From assembly GCA_002633005.1 (NCBI GenBank), contig NMRA01000351.1, positions 22,792 through 86,791 of the forward strand: DNA of 64,000 nt. The letters are read 5' to 3'. A program made the position numbers and the translations under genes. This stretch comes from Phoronis australis (taxonomy: Eukaryota > Animalia > Phoronida). The notes beneath the pieces were generated by a model. That model was given only the letters and a program-made list of their open reading frames with translations. It was not told the origin of the DNA and did not search any database. Within the stretch, counting starts at the first letter, position 1, and every line of letters begins with the position of its first letter. This document shows, in pieces, positions 36,800 through 48,870 of this stretch.

Positions 36800-37000
36800 A
36801 GTACTTCATCATAGCCCCGTTTTTGGTCAAAACATGATTCCTAACAAAGTGTGACTTTTGACTGAATCGCATCGCATATTCCACACTGAAATTCCACATC
36901 CTTGTAAGGTGCACAAACCGAACCATTTCTGTGCAACTTTCTCATATTTAGGAAATTCGATCACAAATACTCTGTCAAGCTGCTGCTGCTACAGCCTCCA
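36800..37000 (-). pseudogene. Frameshifted THAP remnant
   Basis: Minus strand gives GGCSSS... and FPKYEKVAQKWF pieces; homologous to 1099-1295. Confidence 0.65.
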
Positions 37001-37680
37001 CCTTTTCTTGTCTGAAAACGACGGTTCCCTCCAGACTTTCCCCACAACTCCTCAGTGTCACACTGGTAAAAACAACAATGGCCGAGACAGTCTTCTACCC
37101 GTTACGCACTTCCTCGATAACCACAAAAATATATTTTTTTAAATTTTGGCTTGTTCATACCAACAGGTATACTAAAAGCTAGTAATAACATTCTTTTTGA
37201 GACACAGGGCCATGGAGGGAACTCTTTAAGAATTGACAATCAGACATACACATAAGAAAGTTTTGTTCTTGTGCTTGTGCCAAGGTTGCATGGCAATGTG
37301 TTGGCCAGAAACTTGCAGACAAGCACCATCCTCGGGGTGTAGCAAGCATGGTGAGCATGGCGGATAATGTTGTGCAGTTTGATGTCCAAGTTATGACGAA
37401 AATTGTGAATGAAATTATTCACCATGAAAAGGTTAACCAAAAATGATAAATTTTAGTAGATGTTGGACCAGAAAATAATTTTCATTTTTCTTCGAAAACG
37501 TCTTTCAGGGTCAGGACATACCTGAATAGTTGTCATTATGATATCGAAAATATCAATAAAACCAAATCAGAACTGACAGGTTGATATGACTCCAAGGCAG
37601 GCAGATATACCTAATTTTGACTCACTGATGCAACTTTTCACATAGGTCCAATGGTCATCTTGCTTTTTCTGGAAACCTAA

Positions 37681-38010
37681 GGGTTCATGTACTTTCCTTT
37701 TTCATGTCATTTTTAGTAAAACTATGGTTCATTAATTATCCCAGATATATTTTTCAGTTAATTACGGCTTCCCGTAATTCCCTTATAAGTAGTCGTACCC
37801 CATTCCAGAAGTGGCCTTTAGGGAGTTTAGAATTTCCCGCCATTTTGTTCTGCTGTTGGAAATTCTAAACCCTCTAAACGTCACGTCCGCAACAGGGCAT
37901 GACTAATTAATTAAATAATGGGAAGCCATAGTTAACTGAAAAATATGTCTGGGATAATCATCAAACCATGTTTTTACTAAAAATGACTTGAAACTAGGTT
38001 GCTTTCTCCT
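37681..38010. mobile_element. Kolobok-derived MITE related to K1 TIRs (~150-bp arms, ~20-bp centre)
   Basis: Right end GGTTGCTTTCTCCT|TTAA. Arms are inverted copies of each other and resemble 3075-3226. The left terminus is degenerate (CTAA). Confidence 0.75.
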
Positions 38011-38074
38011 TTAAACGGATGCTTTTAAAACTGTTTTCGTGGCAATTATTGTTTTGTTTGATGTTGAGAGGCAT

Positions 38075-40087
38075 TTTTATGCATCCACATATTTATATGT
38101 GGACGCATTTATGCCGTCATCTCCATCCGTCTGTCCGTCCGTCCGGTGTCCGGAGTCCGGCGTCTGCTGCTCTATCTCCAAAACACCTTGACATATGTTC
38201 ATGAAATATTGCACATGTGTTCCGTCCGTAGATGGGAAGGCATTATTGAACTTTCGGATGTATCCGACTTCCGGTGTGCCCCCTAGTGGCAGTTTTAGTT
38301 TGTTATTTTTACCTCTGTATNTTTTATGCATCCACATATTTATATGTGGACGCATTTATGCCGTCATCTCCATCCGTCTGTCCGTCCGTCCGGTGTCTGG
38401 AGTCCGGCGTCTGCTGCTCTATCTCCAAAACACCTTGACATATGTTCATGAAATATTGCACATGTGTTCCGTCCGTAGATGGGAAGGCATTATTGAACTT
38501 TCGGATGTATCCGACTTCCGGTGTGCCCCCTAGTGGCAGTTTTAGTTGGTTATTTTTACCTCTGTATTTCAAAAGTCTTAAATGTATTTTCATAAAATTT
38601 GGTATGTAGGCACCTAATAGTAAGATAAAGTTATCCTCTTGTTTTCGGAAGGATTCGATGCAGTTTGCGCCATCTAGTGGCCATTTTTACTGTTCTTGAA
38701 TATGTTTTTTGCATCCACCCCTCTATTAACCAAACTGCTCAAAGGATGATTGTGAAAATTAGCATGTATTTTCTTGCTGTGAAGTAGACGGCTGACGATG
38801 ATTTTCCGATGACTTCGACTACAGTGGCGCCTCCTAAATGTGTAGTTTTGTTTTTTGTGCGCCTATGCCTGTATCTCCTAAATCGTTCGCAGGATCTTTC
38901 CTTAATTTAGTAAGTGTATTTACATGATGTTAACAACACAAGATGACGGCTTTCAAATAGATCTGACTACTGGTGTTCCACCTAGTGGCAATTTTATTTT
39001 TTTTTGACGTTCACCTCTGTATCTTTAAAGTTCCACAAGGTAATTTCATAAAATTTGGCATACAGGCATCTGTTAATGAGATGACGCTATCTCTCGGTTT
39101 TCAGATGGATTCGACCTAGTTTGGGCCACCTTGTGGCGATTTTTACTGTTTTCGAGTCTGTTTTTTGACATCCATTCCTCTATGAACCAAACCGCTTTCA
39201 GGATAATTGTGAAAATTGGCATGTATGTTTTTACTATGAAGTGGACGGCTGACAATGCTTTTCTGACAACTTCGACTGCTGTGGCACCACCTGGTGGCAA
39301 TTTTGTTTTTTTTGGCGCTCATGGCTGTATCTCCTAAACCATTTTCAGGATCTTTACTTAATTTAGGTAGTATATTTATATGATGTTGACAACGGACGGC
39401 GACGACTTTCGGACGGTTCTGAGTACTGGTGTGCCCCCAGTGACAATTTCAGTTTTTTACGTTATTTTTACCTCTGTATCTTCAAAGGTCCTCATCAGAT
39501 TTTCATTAAATTTTGAATATAGGCATCTATTGGTGAGATGACGCTATCCTCCTGTTTTTGGATGGAATCGAGGTACGCTACCTAGTGGCCATTTTTGCTA
39601 TTTTCAAATGTCGTTTTTGGCGTCTGCCCGTCTATCAGCCAAATCGTTCTGGGGATGGTTTTGAAATTATGTTCGCAGTGTGAAGAGGACGTTTGATGAT
39701 GGCGACTTGACTAATGTGACGCCTCGTAGTGGTAGCTTTGTTTTGTTTTGCGCCCATAGCTGTACCTTCTAAACCCAATGCAGGATCTTCATTAAATTTA
39801 GGAAGTGTATTTATATGAAGATAACAACAAACGACTATGACTTTCAGGTGGATCCTACGGACGCTGTGCCCACTAGTGGAAATTTTATTTTATTCTGTTT
39901 TCATTTGTTTCTCTAAAGTTCCTTGACAGATTTTTATGAAACATTGCATGTTCCCGTTTTTGGATGGATTGTACGTTTTTGCGCCATGTAGTGGCCATTT
40001 TTACTATACAAATAATTAAATTACCCTAAAAGCGCACCATTTGCAATGCATTCGTGGGCGCGTTTCAACGCTCCACGTTGCTCTTAT
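38075..40087 (+). mobile_element. Non-autonomous Helentron (DINE/HINE-type, family H2)
   Basis: T-run, 5' hairpin ATGCATCCACATAT..ATATGTGGACGCAT, (GTCC)n microsatellite, ~150-bp tandem units, then 3' subTIR GTGGGCGCGT and hairpin CAACG..CGTTG. The first ~245 bp is duplicated across N38321. Confidence 0.85.
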
Positions 40088-40093
40088 TTACAG

Positions 40094-40198
40094 AATATCT
40101 TTTCGCACACCACCTGTCCTGGCCTGGTTCTCACCCAGATAACCTATAATATATTGCCATGGTATGTCTGGTACCTTCTCATACCATTCTTCTGGTTG
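40094..40198 (+). CDS. HSD17B7: HSD17B7 exon (105 nt)
   Basis: AG|NIFSHTTCPGLVLTQITYNILPWYVWYLLIPFFWL|GTAAGT resembles the vertebrate [24 protein letters not shown] segment. Confidence 0.95.
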
Positions 40199-41019
40199 GT
40201 AAGTAGCCATTATACTGCAGTCTCAACATGATATCTTTAGACCATGGATTTGTATTTAACTGTGATCACAAAGTCTTAATTTTAATGAACATGGTTTTAA
40301 ATATTGAAGAACTAGCTTAATTTTAAGGCAGGAATCTGTTCTTTGAAGTTCGTTGCCCAAAACACGACAGTGGGAAGACGGGCTTACAAGCAGTATGAAA
40401 GCATCACACAGAAGCCCACAACCCTAACGAAACAGAGCCAGGTTTTTTGTGATTGATCAATACTGATTCTAAAGTCTTTAGCTGAAGTGTGTCATTTTCA
40501 ACACAGTGAATTATGGTATTGTCTGCTATTTCTTGCCAAGTTATTTCCAAAATGATCTTGAATGGACCCCTCCTGCAAGTGCATGGACAACCGTGGCGAG
40601 AGAGAACAGTCACACCATGTGTCTAATGTAACGCTATTCACGTGAATGAGGACGAATGTCTTCATTCATATGACATTTGAATTGGTAAACAACATTACAT
40701 TTGGCCACTGGTCGTAGTCTTTCACGACTGGGGTTGTTTTTCATGACAAAGTGAGGAGACTTCCAATAAGAAATAACTACATTCAATCTGTCACCAGGTT
40801 TGACCTGACCTTAATGTTATGACTCCTACAATCTTCTTAAGCACATGTTCGTCACTCAGATAGCTGTAACATTCTTAGTGGTACTAACTCAAGGTTAGAG
40901 TCAATCGTTGATATGAAAGACCTAAGGTAGTTATCAACAAAAGAATTAGTATAACCATATGATTGTTAACTAGAAGTTGTTTGATGCATTGAACTTCAAC
41001 GTTGAATGCTTGCCAATCA

Positions 41020-44000
41020 GAGTGAGATAGAGAGATTGTTTATTGTACTTGGAGCTAAGCTCATTTGCACATTTTACATTGCAGCATTTGGTATAGGTGG
41101 CAGTTTCATGTCCGGATATTCAATACATATACATATTTACACGTTACAATATTAGAGTTTCCTGTCTAATACCATAAGCCTTTGATATAAATAAGGATAG
41201 TCTTTTCAAAAGATTTCCAGAGTTTGTTTTGAATAAATATTTGGTGTTTGCGATGTCAGTATGCTGTCGGGATATTTCTTGTAAAAAATTCATTCTAATA
41301 TCGTTAAGTGCGGGGCAGGTAAGTAATAAGTATATTTCGTCTTCAATTTCTGAATGGTTGCAAATTTCGCAAAGTCTATCTTCCTTTGGAATGTCATGGT
41401 GCCTACCAGTTTCTATTTTCAGTTGATGTCCAGAGCACCTGAATTTGGCTAGAATTCTATGTAGAGTTGGTGGTAGACAGTAAAGATATTCTTCACGAGA
41501 TAAATCTGCTTTGATAATAGAGTAAAATGAGCACTTGCTAGAGCTCTGCACTGATGTCCTCCATTCTTGGGCACCACAATCCAACAATCTGCTTAAATTC
41601 TGATATAAATAAATCAATGTTACCCGGTCCACTTATCCATACCTCCCCAAACCCGTATTTAAATAAAATGTCTTTAAATGCACTGGCCCAATTTGCTCGT
41701 CCTCTTTCACAGTCTTCCCGCAGCATCCTGTAACTTTTCTTTGGCTATCTGGGGTTATTCATCTGTAGAATTTTGGTCCAGTAGATTATTGGTCTGCACA
41801 AGTATTTCATAGATAGTAAATGTCTGCCGCATTCTCCTCTGGCCATAACGTTACACATTTTCTTTGAGACATCAGCAACCCATTTACAGAAATCATTGTG
41901 AACACTTTCTATGTCTTTCGAATATACTGTACCCCATATCTCGGCACCATATAACAATATAGGAACAACCATACTATCAAACAATTTAAAACATACATGT
42001 GGGGAGCTACACTGGTCTTCACTTTGGTTAAACATGCTTTAACGTGTTCATTGCTTTTCCAGCTTGTAAAGCTGATATTCTACAATTTTCACTCCATTTT
42101 AATCTGCAAGAAAATGTCACACCAAGATACTTGTAATTAGATTTCATTTCTACCAATTTGTTATTGTAGAACCACTTTTCCTGTGCTGACAGAGTTCCGC
42201 CTCGCTTGAAGAAAACAATATTTGTCTCATCAAGATTAACACAAAGACTCCAATCCACACAGTAGTTGTGCAATACATTTTATTGTCTCTGAAGTCCAGG
42301 CACTGTGTCCGCCACAAGCACCAAATCGTCCGCAAACAGTAATGAACTTAATTCACAATCATCACACTTGATACCTCGTCCTCCATTTTCTTTGACCTCT
42401 GACACCAGTCCGCTTACCAAAACAGAGAATAACCAAGGACTCAGTATACACCCTTGTTTCACAAATTTCTTACATTCAAAATAGGGTGTGATTTGGCTCT
42501 GTATTCTCACGCAAGATTTCACTTCAGCATAAATATTCCTCAGGAGATTGAAAATTTTCCCGTGGAGATTACTTTGTAACAAACAATAAAACAGACGTGT
42601 AATTTCCAGACTGGCCTTGCTAAAGTCCACAAAGGCACAGTACATTTTCCACCTCTTTTTGATAAATTTCTGTGGGCCAAAGCTTGTAGAACAAAACTAT
42701 TATCTACGGTCGAATAACCCGCCCTAAATTCGGCTTGTTCCTCAGGGATACATTGGATTGCATCCGACCACTCAATCAGCCTTCTGTTTAATATTGATAT
42801 AAACAGCTTGCTTATGCTATCAATTAAAGAAATTCACCTGTAATTATTTGGGTTATTTTTGTCTCCTTTGTTATAGATAGGAGCGATTAATACTTTCTCC
42901 AGTTCTCTGGGAATTTTCCTGTCGCCAGTACCTTGTTGAATAGTTTGCATAATACTTCAAGGATGTCACCAGTCGGTGCTTTGAAGAATTTCTCCAAAGG
43001 TTTTGTTGTTTTTAAGTTTATTTATTTCCTGATTGATTTCGGACATGTTGATCTCTTTATTAAGTTGTACCAGGATTTCATCACCAAGTGTGTTGGCACA
43101 GTCAATTTGCAGCTTTTGTCATGCTCTCGCATTTCGTCCAACAAATTATTAAGGAATTCCCTGTTTTCCCTTACAGGCTCTGTTCAAGAGTTTTTCAAAA
43201 TAGTTATACCATTCATTCGACGAAATATCCGCTTGTTGAATACTATTCGGATTTATGATTGACTTCATGTTTGCCTAGAATTTTCTTGGATCTCTCACTG
43301 AATCACATAAGTTCTTTTCCATTTGTTCGTTATAATTCTTCTTTTTTTTCATGACAAGTTTCTTTAATTGACTTTTCATATCAATATAATGACGTAGACA
43401 GTGTATCCACACACTTTGTGGATCTGAAAAGTTTCAATAAATTATGTTTTTCTATTTTCTTTTGGAAACGTCGGACCACCTTGGCTGCTACCTGTTCACT
43501 GCGGGGTTATTGCTTATTTTCATGTCAGCGCCGCAAGCGTGGAATAATTCATTTATTAATTTAACTGCTTTGTTAATAACCATATCGATGGCTGAAGATA
43601 TTTGGGATAATTTCTCGGTGGTGTCAACGCTGCCCAGTCTATCCTTAAAACTTGAAGATTTGTGTGGCTGCCACTTGAGTCGGTGCAATGGGGTCATTCT
43701 GGCACTAGTGTTCGATCCGTCGGCATCAGCTTTCATATGTTCTAGATAACGTAGAATACACATGATAGGGAAATGGTCCGACTGGTCGTAGTTTAATACT
43801 TCAAAGTCATTTATATGGCGAAAGTGGACTTTGGTTGTACAACATATAGGTAGTAATGCACGTAACCTAGCTTGTGAGATATCACGTGGTTTTAAAAATG
43901 GCTGATGGTATACATTACTAATAATAATGTCAATGGTTTCTGCAACAGGAACATTTTATTAGCAAATGACTCAACGTCAAGTAACATCGGTTGGCATTCT

Positions 44001-44660
44001 GGCATGGGTGTTGAGGTGCGTAGCATGTCAATGAACTCATCACGTGACTTGATAGAAACTGCTTTGAATGTACGGCTTGAAAATTTGATCAAAGTATTTT
44101 GAAATTTTGTGAGTTTGCGTGAGAACTTGTGAGATTTACGGATTACAACGGCAAGTTAGGTTTATGAGTCTTGGGATTCCCATAGATTGGCCTATATACC
44201 CTTCGGAATAGTCACCATCAGTTACATTAAATATGTGTTGACCAGTTTGCAATTACTAACCGCTCTGATTTGGTTGTTCAACTCGCGGTTCAAATCTAAA
44301 TTGTGTGTACGACTAATAGACTGGAACTTGTCGGGCTTACTGTTTAATCTACCAAGTTTGTCAGAATATTTGGCTACTTTGTTCATAATCATATATTGCA
44401 CGGACTTGTTGGCTCGTCAGATGACAGTATGGTTGTTGTTCAGAGTGTCAGCAGCAAGAATCAGGCGATGCTGTAACGTGTGATGAGGGTACCTACTACG
44501 ACACTTATTGCTTTCAGATTTAACTTGATCTTTGATATTAACTATCTTGTTGCAATCTGGTGATATCACAGACTATACAATTTCTCAATAGCGATTTTTG
44601 AACTAGCTATTTGAAAAAAACCTGTGTTGAAAGAGTAGCTCACAAGTGTGTACAGCACGC
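41020..44660 (-). mobile_element. Decayed non-LTR retrotransposon (CR1/L2 group, Crack/Daphne-like), fragmented ORF2
   Basis: RT motifs YCAFVDFSKA, KQGCILSPWLF, LLFADDLVL and YKYLGV; AP-endonuclease end SDHFPI near 43770; C-terminal FRCSGHQLKIETGR..RLCEIC..EDE..C; AATAAA and a simple tail near 41020-41045. Ends approximate. Confidence 0.92.
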
Positions 44661-45079
44661 TGGCTCTGTTTCGATAGGGTTATCAGGGCTTCTTCCATGT
44701 GTTGCATTCACACTCTCTGCTAATGTATGCCCCTTTTCCTGCTGTCACTGTATTTCACTGGTGTGTTTAATTTGTTTGTTTGTTTGTTATTGTCTCTGTG
44801 TTTTGGTATATAGCTGCACACCTGAAGAAAAAAGATTGTTTTCACCCTATAAGCTAATCAGGATGAAGCTTTCAAAAATGTTTGCATTGAACCAACCAAA
44901 ATAAACCACAAGTTTCACATGTCCTAACTTTGTAGTTTGTGAAGTCAATTATGTTTGTTTGACTTTTATGGTGTAGTGGGATAACTTAGTAAACACTGTT
45001 GTGGCTTGATTTAGTTCAGTTATTAAAAGTGGATGAGTTGACTGACAAAGATGTGTAGTGTAAACTGTATTTAGATTGG

Positions 45080-47245
45080 AAATGTGTTGGCACTTGTAAT
45101 GTATGGTAATCCTGATATCTGTATTGGCACTTGTAATGTGTGGGTAATCCTGACATGTCTATTGGCACTTGTGATGTATGGGTAATACCGATATGTCTTC
45201 ATTGTCACTTGTAATGTATGGGTAATCCTGATGTCTGTATTGGCACTTGTATTGTATGGGTAATCCTGATATCTGTATTGGCACTTGTGATGCATGGGTA
45301 ATACCGATATGTCTTCATTGTCACTTGAAATGTATGGGTAATCCTGATATATCTGTGTTGGCACTTGTAATCCATGGGTAATACCATTACCGTATTCGCC
45401 GTAATAACCACCCAGGGCGCTTAGAAAAGTTCGGTTCAGGGGGGTGCTTATTATAACCCAAGGTGGTTGAAACCCCGGTCTCTGAAACGGGTGAAATCGG
45501 AAGCTAAGATTCATCAAATTTACGCTCTGTGACGTATCTGTAATCTATGAAAGACTTTCAACAAAAGTGTGGTGCATTGCTACCAAACTTTTCTACTTAA
45601 TTACGATCATTTTACAGAAAATTGTGCTGAAATCCCAGGGCAAAAACTCGCCGACTGACTGCCTCGAAATCGCCGTCTTCAATATGGCGACTTCAATGCT
45701 TGAATAAAAATAGTTTCGACTCGAGCAAGTTACCTGAAATCTTCATTAGTTTTCTAACGTCTCTAAGATTTTTTTAAGTTCCCGTGGAGTCTGGATTAAC
45801 GGCAGGTTTAAGTACAAATCTGTGCAACATCGTGCCATCTACATGCATGATCGGCAACACGGCGAGAAAAATGTCTGGACGAACACACATGTTGTTGTCA
45901 CATGACGTTTGTTTTGAAGTTCATCTGCATTTGTGAGTAAGCGAACGTTTTCGTGTCACCAGAGTTCATTTGCCAAAGCAGAGACCGTCTTTTGGCCAGA
46001 GCCACGCAATCTAACGAGCTTGATGTGCATTGATTGTGTCTAAAGAAATTCGCACAAGCAGTAGACCTAAACCAGAGCGTGTTTCATTCAGCACTTGCCA
46101 GTCTTATGTGCTAAAAACGTTCGACATTTGTCTCGGTAAGGCCCATATTATGCCGCCCATATTAGTCGCCGTGTAGCTGGATGCGTATGTACATGTAACT
46201 ATCTGACAGTTATTTTTCGGTGTAAGGGTGTGTAAGCATTCACTGTCAGTTGTCATTTTATCGGATATTCGGCTTAAGAACACCAATTGTGGTTAATCAA
46301 ACAATCTATCTCCTAAATAACGCAAACATGTTTTATAGTATTAGAAATTGCCGGAAATTAGTGCCAATATTCATTTCTTACCGATGCTATGCTACCCGTT
46401 TCATGAATGGATAGTTCCCAAGTAATGTCTTTGATGACAGGTTCATATATGTAGCGCACGCTTCCCGGCCATGTGCGTTTAGCACCGAGTTATTTTTATT
46501 CGTGAGACAGTCGACGTGTCTGTACTGAAAGGTCAGACCATAGTAGGACACGGTCGTTGCGAGAGTAGCAACGCTGTTGCGTTCTTTTTGAAGCGCTGCG
46601 TTACTTTGAAGTGTATAGTCACGGCTAAATCCAAACGTAGCAGTGCCGCTGGTGGTCTAGAAGACCAGTGCAAAAATTTTTTGATAAATTGAAGACGTTA
46701 CTGTAGCCGAGTTTTAGGACTGTAGGTACATCATTGTTCGCACGTACATGTTCATGGACTGGGCGCTTATTTTAGCAAAGTCTGAAAACGCGTGGGGGGG
46801 CGCTTATAGGGGCATGGTCGGTTATTACGGCGAATACAGTATATCTTTGTTGGCACTTGTACTCTATGCGTAATCTCAATATGTTTGTGTTGTCACTTAT
46901 AATCTATGTGTAATACCGATATATCTGTATTGGCATTTGAAATCTATGGGTAATCCTGATATGTCTGTGTTGGCTCTTGTAATATATGGGTAATCCTGAT
47001 ATATCTGTGTTGGCACTTGTAATCTATGGGTAACCTCGTTATACCTGTGTTGACACTTGTAATCTATGGGCAGTACCGATATATCTGAGTTGGCACTTGT
47101 AATCTATGGATAATACTGATATATCTGAGTTGGCACTTGTAATCTATGGATAATACTGATATGTCTGTGTTGGCACTTGTAATCTATGGGTAATCCTGAT
47201 ATATCTGTGTTGGCACTTGTAATCTTTGAGTAATCCTGTTATACC
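45080..47245. repeat. Minisatellite, ~39-40-bp unit GGCACTTGTAATCTATGGGTAATCCTGATATATCTGTGTT, split by a transposon
   Basis: About 8 units at 45080-45389 and about 10 at 46840-47245. Confidence 0.93.
45390..46839 (+). mobile_element. Non-autonomous pogo/Tc1-type element, 1.45 kb, TA TSD
   Basis: TA|CCGTATTCGCCGTAATAACC ... GGTTATTACGGCGAATACAG|TA, with GGGCGCTTA subterminal motifs. Confidence 0.9.
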
Positions 47246-47530
47246 TTTCCCTTAATTCAGTAATTCTTCACCCATTTCACATGAAAATGATTGCCAAAAT
47301 TGTGATTATCGTACCTGTGGTTCCTATTAGATTGTATGCATTGTCGTCATGATCCACTTTTTTCTGGCCAAAAGTCTTGCCATGTAGTTAACTCTTCCTC
47401 TCCCTAAGTATTGAATGTCTATTGTTGTCTTTTTGGGACTTGTGATTTGATGTCATTCACACTGGAGTCATTTGATGAGACCATTGTGTTTGTTGCCATG
47501 GTTGTTTCATGGTATTCCTGTGCCTTTCAG

Positions 47531-47587
47531 ATCCGTCTGCTATCATCTAATGTCTGTCTGTCACCGTACAATGGTACAGAATCCCTG
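47531..47587 (+). CDS. HSD17B7: HSD17B7 exon (57 nt)
   Basis: CAG|IRLLSSNVCLSPYNGTESL|GTGAGT resembles the vertebrate LTPYNGTEAL segment. Confidence 0.95.
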
Positions 47588-48423
47588 GTGAGTCTACACA
47601 CATGCTCTAAATGTGTGTAACAGTTGTAAAAGCTCGCCAATTTCAGGCACAAATATTTGCCAAAGTAACATTTTTTTCAAGGTTATCTAATGCGCTGTTA
47701 AAGCCCATAATTTTTTTAAAGTATTTTCCAATGGTACAGTTATAGTTATGGTGCAGAACTGGAACATGTTAAAGCGTTAATCTGATGGTAAATATCTTTT
47801 ATGAAATCATGAGAAAGTAAAATGTCAGCTGTCGGCCATATTGTGTGCTAAAAGTGTGAGATATTACCGTACATTAACATGAGACTGGTTCTTATTATAC
47901 AAATGTGTTTATCAACCGAACCAAAACCCTTCGCAAAATATCAGAGATTTTATTTGTGCTTCTAGGACAATCCAACCGTCAGAGCAAAGGTGGCAGCCAT
48001 TACATAATATTTATGTGACTTTTCCTCTCTGTATCACTGACTTTCTAATGACCATTGCTCAACAGTTTTATGTAACAGTGATTAGAAGTTATTGTTACAT
48101 TGACAATGCACACTGATTGTCGCAAATTGTGTCATTACGTTGATTTATGAGTCCTCTCAGACACAATATTGTCAGTTAAGTCAGCTACTGCTATCTCAAG
48201 ATTGATTTACTTCTCAATATATATGAAAATAAGCGTTATGATTTGTGCAATTTTTCTCACCACACTTTTTCTCATCGAAAACAGGATTTTGAAACGTTAA
48301 TTTACTCGACAACTGAAAATTTAAGGTAAAACATCCTCTATGAGAGCTCAGATCTCTCACCTGTCAAGTGCCTTGTGTATACTACCTTTTGACAGAACCT
48401 TAGAGACTGACTGCATGTAGAGG

Positions 48424-48688
48424 TTAGGTTGTAGTGATGTCAGCTGATTTGAACTCCGGTCAAAAGTCAGTGTTTCATATCAGACTGTACAATTATAGCT
48501 TTTACAGTCTCTTGGTCTGTTTACACCAACCTCTTGTCTATTTACACTGTCACAGCATTTCGGTCAGTCTATTCTCCAGTCATCATCAGGTGTTCCTGCT
48601 TTCTTATAAGAACGAGCACGGATATGTGGTACACTCATCATGGTGTGATTTTTTGATTATATATTGTCTGAGGAAAGATTCGAACCCT
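48424..48688 (-). mobile_element. tRNA-derived SINE, 5'-truncated at the B box
   Basis: Minus strand starts GGGTTCGAATC (B box), followed by a body homologous to 48740-48845. 3' end approximate. Confidence 0.6.
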
Positions 48689-48695
48689 ATAGGAT

Positions 48696-48870
48696 GACTC
48701 CGTGGTGTAGTGGTTAAGGTGCTGTAGTTTCAGAAGTCGTGGCTTCAAATCCTTCCTCAAACAATATGTAATCAAAACAATCATACGGTGATGAGTGTAC
48801 CACATATCCGTGCTTGGTCTTCTAAGAATGCGGGAACACCTAACGATGGGGCGGAACCTCCCAAAAGTAT
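48696..48870 (+). mobile_element. tRNA-derived SINE head and core
   Basis: A box TGGTGTAGTGG at 48703 and B-box-like GGCTTCAAATCC at 48741. No intact cloverleaf. Confidence 0.65.

Larger units (their letters stand above)
30078..37225 (-). mobile_element. Kolobok element (family K3, copy B), ~1.1 kb plus a nested 6-kb foldback
   Basis: TTAA|AGAGTTCCCACCATG ... CATGGAGGGAACTCT|TTAA (14/15 TIR match); homologous to 1016-2677. Confidence 0.9.

Noticed and set aside
38075-38566. Near-exact ~245-bp tandem duplication
   Set aside because: The junction is the single N at 38321; most likely an unmerged contig overlap.
45071-45517. 148-aa ORF with YQDYPY repeats
   Set aside because: Translation of a minisatellite plus a transposon end.
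48696-48760. tRNA gene
   Set aside because: A and B boxes are present but there is no acceptor or anticodon stem, and it continues into a repeated body, so it was called a SINE.
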